This document shows positions 1 through 12,000 of a stretch of DNA of 32,000 bases, one piece after another. The DNA is taken from contig CAZXEQ010000001.1 in NCBI GenBank assembly GCA_964640155.1, positions 30,001 through 62,000 of the forward strand, written 5' to 3'. Below the pieces are notes generated by a model. It searched no databases and was not told the DNA's origin. It saw nothing but the letters and a program-made list of their open reading frames with translations. The first letter of the stretch is position 1. Each line of letters begins with the position of its first letter. The DNA comes from an uncultured bacterium. Its GTDB lineage: Bacteria; Auribacterota; JACPWU01. The translations under genes and the position numbers were made by a program.

Positions 1-1
1 C

Positions 2-3000
2 TCTGAACTGTTCTGGACGTGCATCAACCGATTCTGCTAGACGAACCCAAGAAGATAAAGCGCCTATATCCCGCGAAGAATCCAAATCTAAATGACCATA
101 CAGGACTTCCACAGCACTTCGAAAACGTTCAAGTTTATCTAACCAGGCACTTAGCTTTCTGGCTAAATCTTCAGGAGTATCATTGGCATCTTTTAAATAA
201 TTCAAAGCAAAGTTTGCCCAAGCCACATCCCGAGCCATCGAAACACTTTCTCTTGAGAGCTGCATAACAGCATTTGCCTGAGCAATATTTCCCAATGCTC
301 TCCAATAAGCAAGACGAGCCGTATCTCTTACTCTTATCTGCCCATGATAAAAACGATTTACGCGTGAATGAATAGCGCTTACCACCTCTCCTAAAGTCTC
401 GATTGAAACCCCCTGAGGGCGAGATCGTACATACGTATCCCAAACCGTCAAGTACCCCTGAGAAGCATAATTCTCATTAAATTGACGTGATGCTCCTGTC
501 ACTTGACTATAAAAACCAGCCAAAGGACCTCTCATCGCATTTCGACCTTGACTTCTCTCCCCATCTGAAACCTTTTGAAATTCTGCATTAAAAACTCTTT
601 GTCTAAAAAGTCTGTCATGATAAGCCAATCTTCTTAAATCTCTTATCGTTGGATCAACGTTTGCAGCTTCCGCAGGTTGTAAAACGGGAGAAAGCATCGC
701 CCCTTGAGGAAAACCTTCTGTCACAGAACGTCTATGAGCAACATTTGAAATTCCCCTAAAAAGAAGGGAATCATGTTCAATGTGCTCTCGTAAAGCAGCA
801 TCTGCCATAGGATGCTGCATTAAAAAAAGAGCATAATAACTAGCAAGACCTAAAAACTTTAAATTAACTCCCGCCCCAATATCACGATTAGAAAAAAGAT
901 CTAGAGTTTCCATAGGAATTAAGGCTTCAAAAGAATTGGCCAAAAAATCTGGAAGAGGACTCCCTGATAACGCCCCACTTCTTAAAAGAGGAATGACCCG
1001 ATGAATATTTGAAAAATAGGTTTGCATATCAGACGCAGACATATTCCTAGACCGAGCATAGCGATCAAAAACAAGAGTCCAATCATTTAAATTCATGACT
1101 CTGCCATCACCCACAGCAGCTCCTAAACTATTCAAAACCCCAGAAACCGCACCTCCTGAAACTAAAGATGGAGAACCTCTCATATGTCGAACATGAGGTC
1201 TTAAGCTAAAATCCCTTAAAAGACTTAACAAAGATCTTACTTCTGTGCGTGTCGCAGCTTGTCGACGTGCATAATCACGCTCTAGTTCTGCCAATCTTCT
1301 TTCTCGAATTCTTGAATCATCTTCTCTTCTTGCTTCTCGTTCATGCCATTCATCTTCAATAGCGCGTTCTCTGGCCGCTTCTCTAGATCTCCATCGTTCA
1401 ACAGACAAAGCACGATCCGAACGTCGTCGCTCAGCATCTTGTCGTGCTAATTCATTATGTTGTTCAACATTCCAAAAGGGAAAAGCATGACCATCCCATC
1501 CCGTACCAGATCTTGCTGTCAAATCGACTCTTTCATAATCCTCCTCAGGAACAACAACCGCTTGAGGAAGCTGAAGACGTGATTGACTGAGAGCCTCTAA
1601 AATTTGTCGTCCTCTTTCTAAAGTAGTTTGTCCCGATCTTAGATGAAGGTGAGGATTTGGACGAGGGGCAGGAATTTCAACATGTTGATCTCGTCGAACT
1701 TGTGCCCTTAAAACAGGATCTAATGCTTGACCCAATTCAGCCATTGTATGAATTGGATTTCTCCGATTTGGAAGATGAGTCTGTACTTGCGCTCTAAAAG
1801 CCGGGTCGGAAAGCGTATGATCTACATAATCTCCAGGATTTGCTCCTAAAGCTTGAGCTAAAGCGAGCAAACCCATCGCATCATTCAATGCAACTGTTCT
1901 TCCAACAACTTCACTTCTTTCTAAATTGACTGCATCTACCCAGCCCAAATTAGTATGATAAGCAGGCAGCTGCGCTTGAGTTGCCCCATGATCCGCTGTG
2001 GCCTCTTGAGCCTCATGACCAGGATAACGTACTCTTAAAGTCTGAAGACTTGTAGTTACATCCGTATATGAAGCAACAAAAGGTAAAGCTAAAAATGCAG
2101 CATGGGGTGTAAAAACAGTTTCATAAGAAGGATCCCAATTACGAACCATTCTTAATTCGCGAAGACCTAATTCACCTGCATAATCTCCACGATTATTAAC
2201 AAGAGATGCAGAATGTGCTGCCATCATTCCTTGACGTAAACTGACTTGATGTAAAATTAGAAAAATATCGTTCTTCTTGCTGGTGTAAGCTGCACCCAAC
2301 TGCAGGTCATCAGCGGAATCTAAAGTTCGAACCGAATCTAAAACACGCCCATCGTTATCAATATAGTGGCCATTATCTCTTAAATCTGCCCAGAGACCCT
2401 GTGTATTCAAACCTAATCCTTCAAAACTAGATGGATCCAATCTACTTCCTCTATCCACTCTCAACTGAGCTTCTCCCTGTAGCAAACTACGATACGCAGA
2501 CGCATTTTCATCTACATTTGTAAGTAAAGGAGGAATACCTATTTGAAAACTTGCACCAAAAAAACTCATTGGAGCAACTAAACCAGGCCGTGGATTATAA
2601 ACTCGTACACGCAAATCTGTAAGTCGCTCCATAGGCATTTCCCCCATCGCCACACCTAATAGTGTCGTCAAAGTAGCTTCACTTCCAAACTCACCCCCGA
2701 AAAGATTAAGATTAATATGATTAATCGGAGATGATGCAGGAGCTCCCAAAAATCGAAAAGCCCTTTGAGGAGGAAAAGGTTGACTCAAATCATCTAATGC
2801 TGGCGTCAAAACTAAAGCTAAATACTGACTATTAGGATCTTGAGGATCATGATACTGTCGATCTAAAAAGACACTCAAATCCTGAGGGGGTTGAATGACT
2901 CTGCCCTCTCGGGTCTCTCCAAAAATAATTCTATCAATGATCTGTAAAATAGCACGACCCTGCAAACTTTGATCACGCAGATAAGCACCTCTGAGCGCAA

Positions 3001-6000
3001 TTAAGGAACCTCTTAAATTCCCATTATCAATGCTAGAAATCCAGCTTTCAGCAGGTTGCAATCTCTGCTGAGGAAGTCTAGAATTTTTTGGGAAATATGC
3101 CGCATAGAAGAATCCTCTATGTCTTGGGAGTGTAGATAAGGTTTGTAAGGTACGTAGAGTAAGATCTCTAGCAAGATCTAAATCTAAAACTCCTAAATCA
3201 CGTAATACCGCAATACTGACAAGATAAAAACCAATATTGGTAATACGATGAATAGGGTTGGTTGGAACCAGGCCATTACCTCGAATAGCTGCGGTGTCAT
3301 AAATCAAACCTGTCTCAGGGTCAACTTTGCGACGCATGGACTCCCATGTGGACAACAAAGAATTTCCTAGTTCTCTTTCGTCCGGTTGTAAACCGATTGA
3401 CGCTCCAGTCACACGCGGCCGAACTGCAGTGCCAGAGTCAGGCCTAGGTTGAGCATAAGCTGTAGGAATAAGAACATCACTGATTCTATCCCATAAAGTA
3501 GGCGAAGTCGTCGTACTCATTCTTACTCCCCATCCACCTGAAGGGAGTGGAGACAGAGAAACGGGGAAACCTCCTTGAACTCTTGTGCCACTTGTTTCTG
3601 TACTAGAATCAGATAGTAGTGCGCCTAAAGAAACTCTCTCTGTTGTTAAAGGAGCGATTGAAGGCAATGTGTTTGATTCAGCTCTTGGTAAAGCTGTTTG
3701 GGATGACAACATTAAATTCCAACGCGTTTGAAAAGCAGCAATATCCTCTGGAGAGAATTGAGTTTCTTCAAAAATTTGAATAATTTGTCTTCTAATGTCT
3801 ACTAATTCATCTTCAGAAAAATGTCTTCCTCTTAAGCTTTCTAATAATGAATTTAATCTTGTTCTAGCACGCATTAACCGGACCAACGTTTCTTGAGATG
3901 GTGCAGGCGTTATTTCAGGTCCATGTGCTGCTTGCTGAGAAGTCGTAGCTCTTTGTCTTGCAGCTTCTCGCCTTTGCCTTCTTAAATCTGTCCTCAAAGA
4001 TCGAATACTCTCATCTAATTTTGCCAATTCTCCTTGCAATAAAACTTGCTCTTGACGGATTTCATCCAAAGACCTTTCAGAAGTTGAAGTCGCGACATTC
4101 CCTGATCGTTCTTCAGCATGCTCAACCAGTCTTTCCAAAGAAATACCCAAAGGTAAAAGATATGCTTTTAAAACCTCTCTTTTTTGAGAAAAATCAGAAA
4201 GAGCAGAAAGAAAAACACTTAATGCTTCTTGATATCGAGTATAAGTCATAATCCATTGTCCTGCTCCAACGGTACTTGTTGTTTCTTCCGCTGTATAGGA
4301 TTCTCGAAATTGTCTCCAAGCTGTTTTCTGAGCTTCAAAATATCTTTGAGCTTCAATCACCCTTAAAACAGAATCTTGAAAATCTTGAATTTTTGCTTCC
4401 AATTCAAGCCCCATCTCCCGACGACGTTCACGTAACTCAGATTCAGCTCCCGCTAAACGAATACGCGCAATTCTTCTTTCAGAAGAAATACGGCCTCCTT
4501 CATACAAGGCAAAAGTCCATTCAGCTCCTGCCCCTACGGCCCCTGACAAAAGTTCTAGCCCCGACCCTCTCAAATTCAAACTTCCTAAATGGTGAAAAAT
4601 TGGAGTTGTAACATCAAATTCTGCGCCTTCCACATGATGAACTTCCGGTAATACGGCACGGTTCAAAGGACTGTTCGCAGCATTTGGATTTGAAAAGAGA
4701 CTTCTAAGTCGTGCATCTACCCATGAATCAAAACCAACTTGATCTCTTAACCATGCTGGCACTTGATCATTTAATTGTGCTGTAGGAGGGAAATCCACAT
4801 CTCTTCCCAACAAGACTCTCAAGCGTTCTTCAGCCATGGCCACAGGATGCTCAGCCAATAAAAGTCTCTGAGTTGCTTCTAATCGCTGAGCATCGTTAGA
4901 GTCTCTCAATGTTGTTGATCCTGAAACAGCAGCTTGTTCAGTATATCTTCTTTGAACTGTGCTTATGAATTCTTGAACAGTCGCTTGATCAGAGCGACGA
5001 ATTTCTTCAACTCTTCTTGCTAAAAGCAAATCATGATAAGCCTGCATTAACTCAAGTGTTGCGCGAACTCTTTCTCTTTGAAAAGAAGCTTGAGCCTCAT
5101 CTAAACGATGCTGAGCTGCTCCAATAGAACGAAAATTTGACCATTGAAGATTCAATGTCGCTTCACCCGTGACAGCTTGATTAAATCCTGCACGAAGATA
5201 ATCCTGTGCGGGAGCAGGAGAAATGGATCCAATATTTGTACTGATTAAACCTGCAGAAGTCCTCATAGTTAAAGGTTCTCTAACTTGATTTGTTACAGCA
5301 TCAATTACGCCCTGTCTTGCTTCTTCAACACGGTGATGAGCCCTCTGAATTGAAGGTAAAGCATTGGGTCCTTCAGGATCCAATGCCATTGCCAAAACTC
5401 TCTCAAAACTCAAAATCTGTGGAGAACGAGTAGGCGTAGGTCTTTGTACATTTACTCTTAATGCTTCTTGCCAATCTCTAGAATAATGACTTCTCTCTTC
5501 ACCATAATGCATTAATATTCTCACAGCTGATCGAAAACTTCGTACAGCTCTATCTAATCTTTGTAAGGCTTCTACTTCTTGAACCCGATCTTCCAAGACT
5601 GTTCCTTCATGAACATTGGGGTCCATATTTGCAACAACATTAGGATCGAACTCTTGACCTGTCATGCGCAAGTGAAGCTGTAAAGCTTGTCGAATTCTCA
5701 CAAGATCCGCTTGAATTTCTCTAATCTGATTCAAACTTTGTTCATAATTTCTATGAGCAGCCGATAAATCTTGTTCCTTTTGCCGTAAATACACAGCTCT
5801 TTCTGTTTGGGCATCTTCCATGGCTTGTTCGGCCCGACGCTGAACAGCATCTCTTGAACTTCCTCCAAATCGACCTGTTAAAGTGAGCATCACTTCCCAT
5901 CCTGGAATTGGAGAAGGCGTAGGAGAGGGTGGCTGAAGAGAAAGAGGATTTTCAGGATTTGATGCTAAAACCCGATCAGGTCGGTCTACAAACCCACGTC

Positions 6001-9000
6001 CTCTTAAATCAAATTCAATGGGACGAAGACTCCCCGCAACGGATGACAAGCGACGATTTCTTGCAACATCAGCCTCTAAAACCCTTAAACGCGCTGAACC
6101 ATCATAACCTGTCGATAATTCAAGTAAGTCTCCTGATGGAATTTGTAATGCATTAATCATCTCATCGGTGACTTGACCCATCCCCATCAAATGAAGAATT
6201 TCTATTTTGATTTGACGCAATTGCGTCTCTGCTCGGGTCTTTTCAGCTTCTGCTCGTCTTAAAGCCTGCTCTTGCCCTTGTATGACCAGACTTCCATATA
6301 AATTCGTATGGGCATTCATATACTGAACAAAGGGTCGTCTAAAATTGATTTCTTGATCTAACTTTGCTATATCTTCCTGTAAATCTTGATACCTTAAAAA
6401 TTTATCCGATAAAGATTCAATCACATGGCTGCGCTCTTGATCAATTTGAGCTCGAATATGCGACTCTAAAACTTCAGCGGCATCAATTTCTTCTTGAGTA
6501 GCACCTAACCAAGGAAGCATCCCTGTAATAGCAACACCCGCACCTAAATTAGAAAAAATGCCTTGTTCAGAAAAAGTCCGATCAGGAGAGAAAAAATCAT
6601 GTCCAGAATCTGCAGCATGAAAAGTGTAGTAAACTTGAGCTCTCGCAAAAATACTCAACTGTGGCCTACGGCTAGCACTAGCTAAAGCTCGTCTAGCTTG
6701 TGCCAAACGAAGTTCTGCGTTTAATCTTTGAATATTTGGATTATTTTGAACCGCTCGAGCTAAAATATCATTGCGCTGAATACCAGATAAGGCTTCTGGC
6801 GTCAACCGTTGCGTTTGTTGAACTGTTTGAATTTCCGCTTCCATCCATTGCGCCCTAGCTTGAGTGTATCCCTGTAAAGCTTCTACTTGCCTTCTTCTCA
6901 CTTCCAAACGTTCTCGCATCGTTCCCAATCGAGCTGCCACATCGTCAGGAATAACTTCTGAGGTAGGAAGCTGCGGAATAGTTGCTAACATATTTAAAAC
7001 CGTCATACGATTTCGCCAATCCAATTCAAATTCCTCGCGATGAAATTGATTGGTTCTACGATCATTGTCTCTTGCTACCCTTAACAAACGACGCTGTTGT
7101 TCAACAACTTCTCTTGCTGCACCTGTATATCCTAAATTTGATAAAACATATCCAACTGATAAATCTGCTCCAAGCGTACCTGTCCATGCTCCTCCTACAT
7201 CAAATCGAGGATCAAAATTAATTCTCCTCATCCCTTCAACAATCACACTTGCATCAAACGTAAAACGATTACTTCGATCCATCACAGATCTTTGGGCTTG
7301 AAGAGCTCTGTCTCGAGCCGTATAAAGAAGTTCGGGATCAAGTCTGTGACTTCGAATTAAAGTTTCCTCCATAACCCCATTTACTTCGTTAATTACAGCC
7401 GTTGTAAAATCTGCTCCCTGCAAGCCTTGTATTCTTGTAACAAATTCAGGAGAAAAACCTCTCACATGAAGATTGCCTCGACGAGAAAAACCCATTTGCC
7501 GCGCTAATTCTGTCTGAGCACGATGTAAAACAGACTCAGCTTCTCTTAAAAAAACACCGGCCTGTCCTCGAGCCGCTTCAACATTACTAAACTCTGCATC
7601 AGATAAAGTTTGCCCCGTATGAAGAGCCTGAGCAGCATTGTATAAACCATTTACATCTCTTTGATATTCTCTAACCATCTCAACTTTTAATTGAGCCATT
7701 AACAAACTGACATAAGCTTGTACCGTATCCATCACCACTTGATGTCTATCTCTTTGAGCCATCTGACGAGCAACATCCCAATTCCTTAACGCAAAATGTG
7801 TAGCAGCGGCACGAACTGGATCAAACCGATAACCAAATCTTAAAACTGCCGAAACTTGCAACCAATTTAAAGGTTGTGCAAAAGATCCATCATCATCGGC
7901 ATGACCATAGAAAGTAAAATTTCGATAGTCTCCTCTTAGAATAAGATGAAGTCCTATTCCATTTGCCCCCTCTTGAAAATCATACATGGCTCTGGCAACA
8001 TCCGCTTCAGTTCTTGGAAGATGATCATGATGATTTAAAGCTTGTTCAATAGTCTGACGTAAATCCATTTCTGCAGGTGGAACGGGTTCTGGAAGAGCTC
8101 CTGTTTCAGTGGTAGGAGAAGTAGCTGCCTCGCGTGCCAGCATTTGTCCTCGATTTTCAGTCATCTTAGCTCTCAGAGTTCTTCTTCGTTCTGTGGCTTG
8201 ACCAAGATTTTGTCTCAAAGCTTGGATTGCTTCTGAACTCCCTGGTTCGAGAACAACAGAAGGCACGCCTGGTTTTTGCTCCACTGAAGAAGTTGTCGTA
8301 GTTTGAACGACCAAAGCACCATTTTGATTTGATGTTGTTGAAGTCTGTATGTCTGTGCCAACAGCCCTAGGAGTCAAAGCGGCAATTTGTTGATCCAATT
8401 GATGTTCGGCCTCCTCTAGAACTTGTACTACAGGAACAGAAGAAATAGGAGTCTCTGAAAAAAGAGTTGAAGAAGAATTATCAGGAAGAACTGTCACAAC
8501 AGGCCCTGGCGATGCCAATGGAGAATGAGAATCACCCAAAATCCCTGAACTTTCTGCTGCATGATAAGCAACCCCTCCTGCCATCACTGCAACACTGGCA
8601 TAACCTAAACCCTCCACACCTTTTAAAACTACACGCGTTGGAATAGAAAGTGCTAGAGGATTCCATGCTAGCTCTAACAATGCTCGATCTTCTTCACCCA
8701 ACTTCCCTTTATAATCCAAAAGATCTTCCGCTGTAATCTCTTCTTTTCTCTCAATCTTTTCTATCATTTCCCCTAAAACATCTCTCAAAGGACAAGCATG
8801 ATCTCTTAGAGCTTGATAAAGAACCCAAAGTCCTCCATGGGGATTCCGATCAAAATGCTGACGATGGGTCATCTCAGTCTTTAAAGTGTCCATATCGACA
8901 GGGCGAGATTGATGATATTGACCTAAAAGGGCATCAAAAACTTCTTGAGACATATCTGATCTAATTTGAAATGCTTTTGCCTGTCCTTTTACATCTACTT

Positions 9001-12000
9001 TTAAAATTGCAAAAGGTTTACCTTCATGATAAATCAATTGTACTTCTTCTCTTGCACTCACTACTTTCTCGTCTTCCAATCTTTCAGAAGACTCCACAGC
9101 TTCACCAATTAAATATTCCACCGGATCCAATTCTCTGAAATAAACAAGCCGTCCATGTACAAACTCACAAAAAAGACCCAATTCTGGATAAAATTTTGGA
9201 CCTGTAAAATCTTTTTTTGAAGCCTGAGGAAGATCAAAAACCTTTGCTGTTGTCTGATCATAAAATCTAACAGGATTACCCTTTTGATATTCCACACGGA
9301 CATTGACTTTTCGACGGGCACTGAGTAATTTCCCTTCTAAAAATTGAGCAACATAAGTCTCACTTTCCCATCGACCCGTAAAATTTTCATCGACAGGCTG
9401 AGGAATTGCTAAAGGGGCTGCTCCTTTCCCAAAAGGATCTACAAAATCATAAGCATACACAAAACCAGGTCGTTCTTTACTTTTTAGCTCTTGAACTTTT
9501 TCTGAAGTCATTACTCCTTTTTTTACCAATCGATCTAACGCTTCTGATGTGAAAAGTTCAAAATCATCTGCTGAAAAACCTGTAAAGTTGGCTGACAATT
9601 CAAAAGATTCAGGTCCAGGAATAGAATAGGCCGCTGAAGCATGGTCTCTTGCACTTAAAGAAACGCGTGAAAAACCAATTTCTTTTTTCCCCTCTCGATG
9701 GACAAATCGAACATCCTCTTTTCCTACCACATCATGAAGATCTAACCAATGACCTAATTGTTCTGGACGCAAACCTAAAGGTTTTAAACTGGAAACTCGA
9801 GCTAATTCTTCTTCAATGGCAGATGTTGCTTTTAATAATGCCTCTTTTAAATTATCCTCAAAATTTTCATCATCTAAACTTCCATAAGCCAAATTAATGA
9901 CAATTTTCTGCCCATCCCAAACAACCATTTCAGGTTTCTTTGCAAAATAGGCAGCAACTCCTTCTATTACTTTCCAAACAAGTCCTAAGGCAAATCCTAG
10001 CGTAATCGAAATAAAAGTTTTTGAAATAAACTTCCCAATCAAACTCAAAATAGAAAACGTCCAGCGGGCTGTAATTCCTTCAAGTTCCCTTATTCCCCAA
10101 ACCAAAGAAATCTCTTTCCTGAAACCCTGCCAAATAGAAGGACGAGTTTGATTGCTCTCCACTTTCAATTCAGGTTTATGAATCACAGCGACTCTCACTC
10201 TAGCGGCTTCTTGCATTTGGGCTAAAAATGGATATTGCGTCAAAAGTGTTTGACGCCACTGAACTAAACTCTGATGACCCGCTAACACCTCAGACCCTTC
10301 CATTAAAGTTTCCACACGTTCTAAATCTCCATCTGAAAACTTGCCTTCACCTTTTTGGGTAGGATCTACAAAAAGAATAACGGGAGGATATTCAACAGTC
10401 ACTTCCGGTCCTGCACGATGGGGATGAATCATTTCATCCAGCCAGGATTTTCTTTCGCTTTGAAAATTTCCGAACTTCTTAAAGAATAAGGCAAAGAAAA
10501 CAGCTACATCTTGTCCACGACCTGCCAAATCTGCCAAAACTTCCTGGGCAACACGCTTTTTCTCACCTATATTTGTAGAATGCGTCAAACAAGCAGCTAA
10601 ACGCTTCAACTGAAACTCATTCATCTCCACAAAACTTGCTTCTGGACTTAATTCTTCTGCTTTTTCAATCACTCCTACTTTTAAAATAATTCCCATCGGT
10701 TGGCCATATACAACCACAGGAATATAATAATCATCTCCTAATCTTTGAATTTTCTCTGAATCCACTTCCACGGCTGAAAGAGCATCAGAAAGTCTTTCTC
10801 TTATTGACGCAGCCTCTTCATCACTCAGAAGTCCTTCCCGGACGCGATTGAGCAAAAACCCATTTAAATGAGCTGTATGTTCTTTCGTATTACCCCGCTC
10901 CATTTCTCCAGCCTGCCCCTTTTTCCCTTCAGTAACCAATTTCGTTACTTGAGCACTCGCCAAAATTCTCATTAAACTCAAAGCTACACGGACGGAAACT
11001 TGCTGGGCTTCTGCTTTTGTTCCAGCCACTCTTCTAATCTCTGGATCTGCAATCTCTGCCAAAAAACTTGCTAATGCTGAGGGCAACATATTCAGCATCA
11101 AAGGGCCTAACTGATCGGAATTTCCACGATAAGCCACCAGTGGTATTTGCTTCGAACTCGTATCTGTTGAATCGGAAGGTTGAGAGAGAAGTTTCGATAA
11201 AGAAACTTTACCTTTTACTTCATTCTTCTTACTTAAAACTTTCATCTCTTGTTCCATCGAAGAAAGTTCATCATCCATAATGGAAAGATAAGGAGTTTTA
11301 AGCTTCAATTTGGTTACTTTTGGAGTAATAATCACATAAGAAATACCCTTTTCTTCTAACTGCTTTGCAATCCCCTCTGAATGAAATCCTCCTGCCACAA
11401 GCACAGCAACAGGACTCTTAGCTTCTTTCATGGACTCCAACATATTTTGAACCATCACCTTGTCACGCTCTTTAGCAAAATCATAAAATTGTTTTAAAGG
11501 TTGAATATTTTCATCTAAAAAATTGATATCTGGAACATCGAAAGTCCGATCTACACTTAAAGAAATTTCTTTCAATCGAACTAATAAGTTGGAGGGTTTT
11601 AATTTTTCTTCATTTTCGTAGTAGTAAGACAAACCTGAACGCAAAAGCTCTAAATGATAAAAATCGCGAAGAAGCTTTAATGATTTGCCAATCTCAAACA
11701 AATCTTTTTGTTTTGGATCTTTTAAATAGGCTGCCTGTAAATCTTTTAAAATTTGATCACATTCGCCAAATAAAGCCTCGCTATCAATTTCATTAAAAAT
11801 TTTCACCATTTCAATATAAGAAGAAAGATTAGGATAACTTTCTAAAGAAACTTGAGCCTTTAAAACAGCTTTTTCTAAAGAGCTATAAAATTCATATGCC
11901 TTTATTTTCTCCAAACGATAATAAAGCCCTTGGGTTAAAAGATCTGCGAACTCCTCTTTAGCAACCTTCTTAGAAAGAACATTCATTAAATCCTGTCGTT

